Positions 1 through 27,700 of a DNA stretch of 64,000 nt are shown here, piece after piece. Below the pieces are notes generated by a model. It was not told where the DNA came from. It did no database searches and saw only the letters and a program-made list of their open reading frames with translations. The number at the start of each line of letters is the position of its first letter. Within the stretch, counting starts at the first letter, position 1. The stretch is from Macrostomum lignano (taxonomy: Eukaryota): assembly GCA_002269645.1 (NCBI GenBank), contig NIVC01001701.1, forward strand, positions 1 through 64,000, read 5' to 3'. The translations under genes and the position numbers were made by a program.

Positions 1-429
1 TTGAGAGACAAGCAAGAATGATTTAGCGTAAGCACAAGGACTTCTTCAAGCATGCAGGTACGCTCCAAGGACTACTCAATAACTCAAGTGAAAGGACGAG
101 AAACTACATTTCGTGAAAAAAATTTAGGAGGCAAGTTTTACCAAAAACTACATTACGGAGATTTTTCAGCACAAAAACTGTTATTGTTTTTTATAGTAGG
201 CAGACCCAGTGATCTATTGACATGACTTGCCTTTCTAAGCTTTCGTATAGCTCTGTTTATAATGGTTTTCGTTTGGAAAATTAGGATTCTATCTATCCTT
301 TTATAACTTACGTACATGGAGCTGGATTGTTCATTCATTAACACAGACCGGCTAATTTCTGCAAACCATCAAATTGCTTGAAGGTTGAAGCCTCCTCATG
401 TTGCGTCCTCAGCTGAAGAATATTGAAAT

Positions 430-1470
430 TTGAGGTGCCAAGTCCAGTCACTAATCGACTTCCTACATGCACCTGAAGGTGAGGCGCCAAGTCCAGTCAC
501 TTGTTGACTTCCTACATGCACCTGAAGGTGAGGCGCCAAGCCCAGTCACTAATCGACTTCCTACATGCACCTGAAGGTGAGGCGCCAAGCCCAGTCACTA
601 ATCGACTTCCTACATGCACCTGAAGGTGAGGCGCCAAGCCCAGTCACTAATCGACTTCCTACATGCACCTGAAGGTGAGGCGCCAAGCCCAGTCACTTGT
701 TGACTTCCTAAATGCACCTGAAGGTGAGGCGCCAAGCCCAGTCACTAATCGACTTCCTACATGCACCTGAAGGTGAGGCGCCAAGCCCAGTCACTAATCG
801 ACTTCCTACATGCACCTGAAGGTGAGGCGCCAAGCCCAGTCACTAATCGACTTCCTACATGCACCTGAAGGTGAGGCGCCAAGCCCAGTCACTAATCGAC
901 TTCCTACACGCACCTGAAGGTGAGGCGCCAAGCCCAGTCACTTGTTGACTTCCTAAATGCACCTGAAGGTGAGGCGCCAAGCCCAGTTACTAATCGACTT
1001 CCTACATGCACCTGAAGGTGAGGCGCCAAGCCCAGTCACTAATCGACTTCCTACATGCACCTGAAGGTGAGGCGCCAAGCCCAGTCACTAATCGACTTCC
1101 TACATGCACCTGAAGGTGAGGCGCCAAGCCCAGTCACTAATCGACTTCCTACATGCACCTGAAGGTGAGGCGCCAAGCCCAGTCACTAATCGACTTCCTA
1201 CATGCACCTGAAGGTGAGGCGCCAAGCCCAGTCACTAATCGACTTCCTACACGCACCTGAAGGTGAGGCGCCAAGCCCAGTCACTTGTTGACTTCCTACA
1301 TGCACCTGAAGGTGAGGCGCCAAGCCAGTCACTTGTTGACTTCCTACATGCACCTGAAGGTGAGGCGCCAAGCCCAGTCACTTATCGACTTCCTACATGC
1401 ACCTGAAGGTGAGGCGCCAAGCCCAGTCACTTGTTGACTTCCTACATGCACCTGAAGGTGAGGCTCCAAG
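430..1470. repeat. 49-bp minisatellite, about 21 copies
   Basis: Unit CACCTGAAGGTGAGGCGCCAAGCCCAGTCACTAATCGACTTCCTACATG; period checked (481 to 530). A variant has CACTTGTTGAC. Confidence 0.95.
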
Positions 1471-1604
1471 TCCAGCAGTCACTTATTGAAAGAATTTGAA
1501 AAAAACTGCAGTGGAAATTAATTGTACAAAAATGCACATAATTTCGGTACCCCAGTGCATAGTTAATATCCTGTACCACAAATAATGTAAACAGACACAA
1601 TGCA

Positions 1605-1681
1605 GTAGCCATAGCAACAAATTTTAGCAACTATGCCGTTGCGGGGCGCCAATCAACGAGGCTAAGCAACGCCATGGCAAC
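1605..1681. promoter_or_regulatory. RFX X-box-like motif cluster with CCAAT
   Basis: GTAGCCATAGCAAC at 1605-1618 fits the X-box consensus GTHNYYATRRNAAC. Partial site GCCATGGCAAC at 1671-1681; CCAAT at 1649-1653. Confidence 0.35.
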
Positions 1682-2565
1682 GGGAGCGACCCAGACTGGT
1701 TGGCATTACATGGGCGTTGGCAATGCACTTTATATATTTATTGCGCAATCTGACTGATTTTCCTAAGCAAATAATAAGAGAGAAAATCACTGGGCAATCA
1801 GAGCAGAATAATAAAGCATATATTGAGTCTCAGAATAAATTTTGCTACTAATTTGTTACTGCAGTGCTGGCACCAGACTAAACAGCTCAGAGGCTCATTA
1901 TGTAGATGCAACTAATTAATATTAATAATTGATCTTTGTGACCTGCTTCATGGACAATCAAAGGCCTTATAGTAGTAATGAAAGCAAACTTCAGCGAGAG
2001 GTTGGGTGCTCAGTAAGCAAAACAGGCCCCAAACTGCCCAAACTGACCTGCGCTACTATGAGTAGGAATATGCGATTAATAGCGAAATTTGTAACAAAAT
2101 GGTTGCTGATATTATAGAATAATGTATCAGACCTTGTAATCTTACTAACAGTAGAGCAGCAAGGGCATTTGGAATCGGGACAGACCGCTCTGGTTACATG
2201 CTTCAGTACTCGTGTACGGCACACATCGGGTACAATATTGTGCAGCGAATACAGCTTGTGCGCGCAATCATTTGGCTGGCTTATATAATAAGTTTGAATA
2301 TAAAAATTCTATTCCAACGCAATCAAGTTACTAACAGTAGGCAAGTAGCGCTATGTTGTCAAAAAATAAGATTTTCAACTAAGTTAAGGACAAAATAGCG
2401 GAGACAATCAGCGAGTACTAAATTACAATTATATGAATTAATTTATGGGGAATGACGGCCAAATTCCAGCAATTCCTCTGTTAACTGAATTAGAAATTGC
2501 AAGGTGCTCTGTGTCCGCAATCACACTGCGCTCTGCTGAATAAATGACGCTGGCCTCGAGTTTGT

Positions 2566-15981
<13,416 letters not shown>

Positions 15982-17530
15982 AGCAGTTATTGTGATATTT
16001 AGTTGTTAGAGAAATGGGATGGTATGCTTCCTTGGCTTTAGCCTTGTAATGAAGTTAAGAATTAGCACCAAGCAAGTTAGTGCCAATGCCAATGTCAATT
16101 TATAATTTCTTGTTTTGGGTGACTGCTATCCAACAATCAATGGACTTACAGTTAAAAAGCGTTTTTATGACTTGAAATCAATAAATCGTTTTTTTAATCT
16201 GCGACAAAATGCACTTCAAAGCATATAATAATATAAAGCTTGATTTAAAGGCAGAAAACTATTCACTTGCTTCGACTAGGTCTACAAAAAGACGACTAGC
16301 AAAGTGCAGAAGAAATTAAGAAAACTGAATAAACTTTAGATAATATTTTAATACCTAAGAAAGAAGTAACTAACAAGCTCGCTCGATCACTGTAAAGATA
16401 CGCTGTTCTTTTCAAAAACGTTTTCATCGATAAATTATAATAAAAATTCGGTGAATTTAAAAATCATTGTAAGACAGTATAACATAAACTTTAGCAATTT
16501 TGTATTTTTTTAAACTTGTCAGCATTGGTTTTCACCTGTTTATCTTTAAATAAGTTCGATATTTATTCCTGTGTCTGACCAAGCAGTAAGAATTATTTGT
16601 GGCTTTGCTTCATAGCTGAACCTTTGCGCACGTCCGTACATAACGTTATACCTTTTCAAGCTCGACTTTGGCAAAAGTGACTTCAATTTTGGCAGCCCAT
16701 AGAAAAAGCATACGCCTGCCAGCAACATGTCTATGGTCAACTGTGGTAGAATCGGTTATCGGTTAAAGCGTGCATTAAACTTTGGCAAAAGTTAAGCGAA
16801 TTTTGGCAACACAATAAACTGAACGGAAAACGGTAACAAACGGACTAGGAAACAAGATTTAAGCACAAAGCACGATACTGTTGTTGTTACTGTTGAAGTC
16901 ATTGAATAGCATCACTGATCAATATCATTGTAGGTGAGGCAGCGGGGTCCGTAGCTCAGCACGCTGTAGAGTATAGATGTAGAGTATTGTATTTGGACTA
17001 ATAAAAACATATACAGTACGACAATAATGCGAATTGTACGTTATAGCCGAGTTTTTCCGCTTTAGTAATGATTTCAGCTTCATTTTTGCAGTTATTAATT
17101 TTTAAGACCTAGAAGTATTGAAATATAAATTCAATCAGTTTTTCAACAGCTTTCACTCCGAAGTGCATCGCATCGCGGCATGAATGCCAAGTTAAAACAT
17201 CTCTATATATGGTCTGTAAATCCATTGTATCACGCTGGCGCGCGTTAGATGCACGATTTACTGTGCGTCTAATGTAGGTGTCTATGGCAATTTTCTATCT
17301 GAGTAAAGGCAACAAGCGTGCGTCTAACGCGTGCGTGTAATGCACGGAAAGTGAGTATATTTTAATAAGTATACTTCTGCTACAAGTACAACGAACGAAT
17401 AACAGGGAACTGTGTAAACAAGGTAGACTGCGTAGACGATTACCTATCATTGACAGGGAAAGCGAATGAGGATGAAGGCGTTCTGCATTTGGAAGTTCAG
17501 TGTGGGAAAATTATTACTCATTGTTATTAC

Positions 17531-17845
17531 TCACTCTAAGAATTGAACTAAGAAAGCGAACTTACCGACATAATATTCGGTAGCCTTTGTCACACTTTTA
17601 CTAGCAGCGGTGTCCTCGATTTCGGAAACGAGCTGTTCCAATTCAAGTAGTTCAGCTTCTTCGTCAGGTATCTTCTTGAAAAGTGCCTCCAGAAGATCCT
17701 CCTCTTCTCGATCAATTGCCGACTCCGGTAGATTATCAGGCTCGTTCAGAATGTCGTCAATCTCATTGGTGGACAAGCCGGAAATCATTTCGTTCGGAAA
17801 TTTGCTCAGATTCAGAAGTCTGACTTTAGTTGGTGGCTCAGCCAT
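17531..17845 (-). other. Acidic 104-aa ORF, possible Crypton/DUF3504-type transposon N-terminal fragment
   Basis: ATG-initiated non-repetitive ORF ending ELEQLVSEIEDTAASKSVTKATEYYVGKF, with GTAAGT and GTGAGT donor-like sites at its 3' end, lying between GTCTATGGT motifs. The family call is recall-based. Confidence 0.35.
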
Positions 17846-19849
17846 ATTCTCTCACAAGTGATTTTAATTTAACAGCTTCTTATTCCCTTCTTCGCAACAC
17901 TCAATCAACTTGCGTGCCTTTCACGCATTTTTGTCTATGGTTAAGACAAATTAACTGAGCGTGCATCTAACGCGCCATCTAAAGTATTAAGCCAACGTAA
18001 TACAATGCAACTCATACGCGCGCACTCGTGCATAGACCATTTAAGCACGCAAAATCGATGTATGAATCCTACATTCTAACACAAATATTGTTTCTAGCAA
18101 TAAAGCATGCTTGAACGTTGGCTTTTGATGCGCTGTTCGAGATCGTGACAATTTAGCTTCGATATGAAGCTCTGCCAGACATCCGAATTCTACATGTATG
18201 TCCTATATGCGATGGCATGCATGTTAGATAAAGATCACGAGAGCACCTTTCATTCAACGGACTGGTTAACTTTTGCAGCATAAAACGCGGCCTTTGCGAC
18301 GCCCGTTTACTCTCTGTCAGAAAAGAAAATTTAAAACTGCAACTCTATTGAGAGAAGCGGCATTGCATTTTTATCGACGCCATGACCGATTTTAAACTGC
18401 GCACCTGGCGCCGCGCCGCATTGAGAAGCTGGGAAAGAATTTCAAGACAAAATGCGCCGCAACTGCGTGTGCAGTTCGAATTCCTTTTGCTTCGGCAGCT
18501 TTAAAGGTACTTGTGGGTCACCTGCCGCTTTCCGGGTGTGCAGCTGTAGCGGTGTGCTCGCACCGATGGCTGGCATCGGAGATTCGAACTGGCAGCTGCT
18601 GCCATTCCATTAAGCAAGCTTAACGGATACACAAGACCAGCGTTTTATTCCGTAATGTTCAAACAAAACTACAAATTTAACTATTTGTGTAGATGCTGCA
18701 GAGGGTCCATTCTTGGCCGCGATGACAACTGAGAAATTCATCGGAATTTATACAGAACCCGTTTGATATCATAGCATTGCTTTCAGTAGCAGCCTTGCGA
18801 AGATCCAGAAAGCCGCTATGATTTCTTACAAAGTTAATGACCAACGACAGCTACGAGGAAGACAACAACAAAAACATTATTATCAAAAAACATGATCAAC
18901 GACAACTATACAACAAAAGTATCAACTTCCACTGCAAGTACTGCTCGTTCGTCACCACAACATTAAAAAAAATTAGTCCTTTGTCTTTGCTATTTAGAAA
19001 ACCCAAAATCAATGATCTAGGGCCTCACTACCAAATCGCCCAGACTCCATCATCTGGGGACCAGTCGGGCACCCAGTTTAAAGCGAGGCTGGCTGGAATG
19101 CAATGAACATGGGCGAATAGCAAAATCAATCAGAACACAAAAGGCTGCTTTTGAGCTGGAATTTACGAGACACTGGAGACAGAGTACTTTGCAAAGCTGA
19201 GTCGCTTAGTGCAGCTTCTAGGACATGGTGTCACCTCGTCCTAGAAATTTCCAATCCACAGTTCAAGCGCACCCAGACCCAGTCAAATTTAGATTAGCAG
19301 ACTATAAACTGAGACCAAAGATCCCTAACGAGAACAGAGCCCAGTGAAGACACGAAGAACCCGTGACGGCATTGGTCCATGCCGCTTACAAGTTGCAGAT
19401 TCAATCAGAATTACAACTGCACTCACGGCTACGAGCGCGGCTGTACCACTGTGCCAGAAATGGCCGCTTTCGCAAAGAAAAATACAACGGCCCAGCGCAC
19501 TGCCGCGCAGCAATAATTGAAGCCGCGACTGAGTCATCAATTATTATTTCCAGAAGAGAAAGATTGCCCGGCGGAGGTTAGAAGAAAGCCAAGAAACAAA
19601 ATGATTTCTTGCACAAGCCTTCGCAAAAAAGCAATAATGAAGGGAGAGCCTCGGATGCGCAGCGGGCCTGACTGAGTGCCGCAGGCTCGGCATGGATGCG
19701 AAGAAATGGGGAGATGCGAAGCCGCTTAGAGGAAGTCTTCGCTGCAGCAATTACTGACTGCAGGACTGCCGCCTCCACCCGCCTGGTTCAGAGGTTTCCA
19801 GCCTGCTAATTTTCTTCGCGTGCCAAGCAGTTCTCCATGCCAATACCGA

Positions 19850-20115
19850 TTGCCCAGCAACTGACGGATCCACCGGGGTGCAGAACTCAGCAACTGACAG
19901 ACCCACCGGGGTGCAGGACTCAGCAACTGACAGACCCACCGGGGTGCAGGACTCAGCAACTGGCAGACCCACTGGGTTGCAGGACTCAGCAACTGACAGA
20001 CCCACCGGGGTGCAGGACTCAGCAACTGACAGACCCACCGGGGTGCAGGACTCAGCAACTGACAGACCCACCGGGGTGCAGGACTCAGCAACTGACAGAC
20101 CCACCGGGGTGCAAA
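19850..20115. repeat. 33-bp minisatellite, about 8 copies
   Basis: Unit CAGCAACTGACAGACCCACCGGGGTGCAGGACT. Confidence 0.95.
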
Positions 20116-21534
20116 TTAATAGACATTTGCAGGAGAGCTGTTGAGCATACAGAAAAAGGTTAGACGGGTCATTCCGCTGACTCCTAAGCACATACGACCG
20201 TGTGGATAGTGTACGCAGGCACGATCAGGCACACGCTCACACAGGGTGTAGAGCGGCGGCATGTACAATCTCTGCGCCTTGGAGGTTGGTCCTCATTAGT
20301 GTGAATCGAACCAGAGAGTCAAACCGCTGAGCTGCCCCCCGCCTTTTTGTTTGTAACACATGCATCAGCCTCGGCTTGAAACTTGTTACGAGGTAGCCAG
20401 GGTCCCTCTGTGGGTCTCAGCTTCGTCTGCCCTACTTTTATTAATCGCTCGTCCCGTGCCAGCGCTGCCGATGGCGGAGCTGTTCAGCCCGTTCGTCTCG
20501 TTGCCTGTCAGCACCGCGTAGTCGCCAATTGAAGCCTGCAGAACCAAGCAGTGCAATATAAAGTTGTATATCAGAGCGTCTAAACTCTCAAGCGCCTCCA
20601 CCACAGTCAATCCCTATCGCTGCGAAATCCCCCAGTCTGCAGTGCAGGAACCGCATTGGGAGTCAGGATGGGGAGAGGTTAGGAGGCTGCAAGCCCGTAA
20701 AAGTGTATGGTTGTCCGGAGAAAGTGAAACTTGCAGCATTCAGAGATTCTTGCCTGGCCCCCGCCTGAGAGGGTGGGAGAGTGCCATGGCTCGTGGCGCG
20801 GCTGACCTGACGGGCTGCAGGAGCCTGGAAATGCGGGGGGATGGGGCAATGGGAATGACAGACTGCGGGCACCAGTTGCCGTTTGCATTTGCTGATGTCG
20901 AACTATATATTCCCGAATCGCTGCAGACTCGCGGGATGGAACTTGGGTAGGGAGGCTCTCCCAGTGTTTCACCCCGAAAGCTGCATGCTGCCATCGCTGT
21001 GTGTTTGTTGCGAGTGCCTGCCCCGCCAGCCCCATTCATGCAGCAGCGGTGGCGGCAGCACACGTGTTCGAGCCGGGCCAGAATGGCCGCACCGAAATCC
21101 CCGGGCTGGGAGCGTCCGCTGGTAATCTCGATATCTCCCAGCACCGGCGCTCTCCCTCCCATTCATTGGCCTGCGCAGCGCGCGGCAATGAAGCTATCGA
21201 TACGCGCCCGTGTCCCGCCTTATTGCCTGTCAGGTGCTACAACTTATGAGAGGGGAGTCTGGCCCGAGCCTGACAGCTGGATTCGCTTTGCCCTGCCTTC
21301 TTCCATTTCGTGTTTTTTGCAACTTCGCTCTCTCGGCATCTCCGCTCTGTAAATCTGCCTCGGCGCTGGAGATGCCCCCTTCCTCCTGCGTCTTCCTGCG
21401 TTCTTTAAATCTTTTTGCTGCGAGGGCGGGCAAATAATTACTGGTTGCCCCCGCGTTCTGACCGCTTCCCACGTCCCATACATATGTCCTTGCTTAGTGA
21501 AGCGGAAAGTCTGTTTGAGTGTCCTAGTGCCTAG

Positions 21535-23061
<1,527 letters not shown>

Positions 23062-23860
23062 TTTTTAATTGGAATTTTTACTTTTCCGAAGCTAAGCTAA
23101 GCGAACCAAAATTTTAATTTTTCGTCTTAACATTCAGCATTGAAGTAAAATTTTCTGGAGTCCGCCCTGAACACAGCAGAGATCCCGCAGAGATGCAGCC
23201 GCCCTGCAGGGGGAATATCAATCAAGACTGCGCGCTCGCTACAGCTGAGCGAATGTGCGCAATGGCTGCAGGCTTGAAACAAATTGCCCACTTTATGGTC
23301 TGCGGGCCAGGCGCTTCACCCGAACCAGAGCGAGCAGAACACCGCAGATCCGCGCTGCTTCCCCTCACTGCTTCCTGGCTCCAAAAATCTTTTTCCCACC
23401 TAAGACGGCATCAAGGAAGGAACACCGGGAGGAATTCCCGGTTGGGATCGGACCCGAAATCCGCACAGTTGCAGCGGCCCGAATTCCCAAGATTCTCCTA
23501 GAGATGCTCCAATACACACACGACCTTGTCGCCGGCCCCCTGCGCCCTCGGAGGCCTGGAATAACCGGGGGGGAGGGGGAGCTTGCCGGATTTGCGAACC
23601 GTCAGCTGGAGGGGAAGTGGCCTCGCTCCCCCAATCACCAGCCGATGCCCCCCTGCCCCAGCTGCCGAGGCTTTGTGGCTTCTTCTGCATCATCCCGGGT
23701 CCCCGCCTTCCCTGCGAATCCCTCGACGCAACAGGCGCGCGCCCAACTCCGCTCTCTCTGCCTCTCGCTGGCGGTTGATCTAACTGGCACCCGCCTGCCA
23801 GCATCTCCGGCTCGGCTCTCTTTCCAGGAAGAGGTGAGGCAGCTCCGGGCGCAACAGGAA

Positions 23861-24688
23861 ATGCTGCTGCACGACCAGGTGAGGCTCTGAGCATCTGTCA
23901 AGCTTGTCGGACTTCTGGAAATTTATGTCACAACTGTTTCTCAGCCTTTCAGTGCTTCTTACCTTGCATTGTCTCTAGCTCCCTGTCTAGCTCAGGTCCC
24001 TGACCCCTGCCTCAGTTTCAGCTCCGCCAGTCTCTCACCCTGACCCCTGCCTCAGTTCCAGCTCCGCCAGTCCCCACCGGCTCCATCACCGCTGCACGCG
24101 GTGGACGGCGCTTTGGCCGATTTCGACTTCGCCTCGAGCGTCGAGTCGGCCTTCGCATTTCCTCCAGCCGGAGTTCTGGCCCAGCAGCAGCAGCAGCAGC
24201 AGCAGTTCCAGCAGTTTCAGCATCCTCAGCATCCTCAGCATCTTCAGCCGCTTCTGACTTCGCATAGCGGATTGTTCTTTGGTGCCAACGACAGCCAGCA
24301 GCAGCTTCTGCTGATGCGCAGGCAGCAGCCGCAGATCCACGACGAAAATCAGCACCAGCAGCATCAGCAGCACCAGCAGCATCAGCAGCACCAGCAGCAT
24401 CAGCAGCACCAGCAGCACCAGCAAAACCTTCAGCACCAGCACAGTCCTAGCGACGTCCTTCTGTCGTCAACCACATGCGACAGCCATCAGCACCAGCACC
24501 AGCTGCTCCTTGGCTTCGGGGACGCCGAACTGCAGCATCAGCCGCTGCAGCTGCAGCAGTCCTCATCTTCACTGCTGCTGAAGATGGAGCCAACGGATGC
24601 GCTGATGGAGGAGAAGCCGTCAGTTGCGACCCAATTCTGTCTCTCCCACAGCCACATATCGGAGTTCGCCATGCAACAGCAGCAACAA

Positions 24689-24721
<33 letters not shown>

Positions 24722-27700
24722 CAACAACAGTCACAAGAGCAGCAGCCAAGGTTTGTCTGCCAGCAGTCGCAGCTGGACTTCAGTAGCTACCCCCAGCCGC
24801 TGCCCGGCTTCACCCTGCCGCCTGTGACGAGCCTCACGGGGCTGCAGTCGCGGTCAGCAGCGTTCAGCGAGGCAGCCACCTCGCCTGCGCAGCCGATCCT
24901 GGCGCCGCTGACCTCCGCTGCTGTGGCAGCAGCTGCAGGCTCCGGGCGCAGCTCGCCGGCCGACACCCTGGAATCATCGTCCGCTGACGAGGCCGCTTCG
25001 AAAGGCCTGGCGTGTCTGGTGTGCGGGGACCACGCCTCCTGCCAGCACTACGGCGTGCGCACCTGCGAGGGCTGCAAAGGATTCTTCAAGGTAAAGCTGG
25101 TCGTGTTTTTCCGTAGTGCGGCATGGCGGGGCTTGGTGTAAACAAGGAGGGCTGCGGGAACCGTGGCACAACGCATTCGGCGACATCGTGCCATAACTAG
25201 CGATGAGACACTCCTGCCCACTCCACTGACTCCTGAACACAATACATACTGGCACGCACTCATGCACATGCTCAAACAGGGATCGTCAGGCATTGGTGTG
25301 AATCAGAAGACAATCCTCAGGCATTGGTGAATCGTTTGGCATTGGTGAATCGTCAGGCATTGGTGAATCGTCAGGAATTGGTGAATCGTCAGGAATTGGT
25401 GAATCGTCAGGAATTGGTGAATCGTCAGGAATTGGTGAATCGTCAGGAATAGGTGAATCGTCAGGAATTGGTGAATCGTCAGAAATTGGTGAATCGTCAG
25501 GAATTGGTGAATCGTCAGGCATTGGTGAATCGTCAGGCATTGGTGAATCGTCAGGAATTGGTGTGAATCACAAAGTTTTCGTGTGGAATCGCAAAATTAA
25601 TGTGGCTGTGCGATGAATCGAACCCAGAGAGTAACGCGTTTGCCTCGAGGCAACTCTTGCCCCCCATAGTGTGGTGTGGTGACGTGAAGTGTTTAGTGGA
25701 CCACGGAATGTGTGCAGCCAAATATTTTTTCTAGCTGCCCTACCCTCACTGAATTTCCCTAATCGCATTTGCAGCGAACAATCCAGAAGAACGCTCAGTA
25801 CACCTGCCAGCACAACAACGATTGCGTAATCGATAAAAAACGGAGAAACCGTTGCCAGCATTGCCGCTTTCGCAAGTGCCTGAAAGTTGGAATGGTCAAA
25901 GAGGGTGAGTGAGCAGTTCTCGTAGGTTATCAATTTTTCACAACCTGCCAGCTAAATCATCAGTCACCAGTGCAATTAATCCACCAAACTACTCAAAGCG
26001 TCAGTCACATCTCTGACCGACTCCCCATCACTAAAAGTCTTGACCCACTACTCAAATCACCAGTCCCAAACATGACCCACTACTCAAACCACCAGTCCCA
26101 AACCTGACCCACTACTCAAACCACCAGTCCCGACCCTGACCCACTACTCAAACCACCAGTTTCAAACATGACCCACTACTCAAACCAACAACTCTCGAAA
26201 TCCCCCCAGTTGTCCGCTCGGACAGCCTCAAAGGCCGCCGCGGCCGCCTGTCATCCAAGGCGACACCGCCGGGCTACGCGACGCCGACTACCGACGTGTC
26301 GGTCAACTGCGCCGGCAATGGAGCGTCGTTAGCCGTCTCGACAAGCGGCGTCGCAGCCATGGCAACCACAGCGGCTGCAGCGGCGGCTGTGGTGGCTACG
26401 ACGGCTGTCTCAGCGGCAGGTTCAACTGCCGGACCACCACTGCAAAACGGCGCCGCCATCTCGTCGGCGAACTCCCAGACGGCGATGACGGCGACGATGC
26501 TCTGCGTGATCAGCAGCGCCAACCTCAGCTGCGAGCCCGTGCTGCTGCTGTCGGCGCAGCCTGACGCCAGCGGCAGCGGCCTCGGCTGCGACTTGCTGGC
26601 CGCGGAGTTCGGCTCGGCGCTGGCGGCGAGTCTCGACGTAGCCGAGCAGTTCGCCGGCCAGGTGCCCGGCTTCGGCGACCTGCCGCTGGCCGACCAGTCC
26701 GCCCTGATTGTCTGCCACGGCCTGGATGTGGTGGTTGCCAGGGCGGCGTACAGGTGAGGAAGGGAAGGGCTGAGAGGGCTGCAGTCCCTTTCATTCACAT
26801 GGTCCTCATCCCATAAGCCTTCAACAGGTGCATGGGCACCTTCCCGTAATCTGTCAGATTTGAAAGATCCGTTAAGAACATGCAGTTGCATTTTATTTAA
26901 AACCTCAGAGCTACGCAGCTGTCAGATCAAGAATTCGTGCTGGACAGTGGCTATCCCCTGTTGCCATGGAAACTGAGCTCGCTGCGCCTGCTAGACTGGC
27001 TGGAGTCGCTGCGAGGCTTGAGCAGCCTGATGGCGAATGTGATTCGAGACGACAAGCAGGCGTTCGGGGGCCTGGCAGCCAGCCTGTTGCTGTTTTTCAA
27101 CCCGCAGGAAGGTGAGAGACACGGTCACCTGTATGTTCACAGTCCGCTGTTTGTTCACTGTGTTCATGGTCACCTGTATGTTCACAGTCCGCTGTTTGTT
27201 CACTGTGTTCACGGTCACCTGTATGTTCACAGTCCGCTGTTTGTTCACGGTCACCTGTATGTTCACAGTCCGCTGCTTGTTCATGGTCACCTGTATGTTC
27301 ACAGTCCGCTGTTTGTTCACTGTGTTCATGGTCACCTGTATGTTCACAGTCCGCTGTTTGTTCACTGTGTTCATGGTCACCTGTATGTTCACAGTCCGCT
27401 GCTTGTTCATGGTCACCTGTATGTTCACAGTCCGCTGTTTGTTCACTGTGTTCACGGTCACCTGTATGTTCACAGTCCGCTGTTTGTTCACGGTCACCTG
27501 TATGTTCACAGTCCGCTGCTTGTTCATGGTCACCTGTATGTTCACAGTCCGCTGTTTGTTCACTGTGTTCATGGTCACCTGTATGTTCACAGTCCGCTGT
27601 TTGTTCACTGTGTTCATGGTCACCTGTATGTTCACAGTCCGCTGCTTGTTCATGGTCACCTGTATGTTCACAGTCCGCTGTTTGTTCACTGTGTTCACGG

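Noticed and set aside
400-440. CTGAAGA...GAAA hammerhead core
   Set aside because: No adequate stem II and no cleavage triplet with stem III pairing.
430-1470. CRISPR-like array (also considered for the other regular repeats)
   Set aside because: Head-to-tail units without unique spacers, no cas genes, eukaryotic context.
1442-1630. Signal-peptide-like ORF MATALCLFTLFVV
   Set aside because: Short, its ATG is part of the X-box palindrome, and no supported downstream exon was found.
16940-16975. tRNA-like start GGGGTCCGTAGCTCAG
   Set aside because: A-box-like only; no B box or cloverleaf follows.
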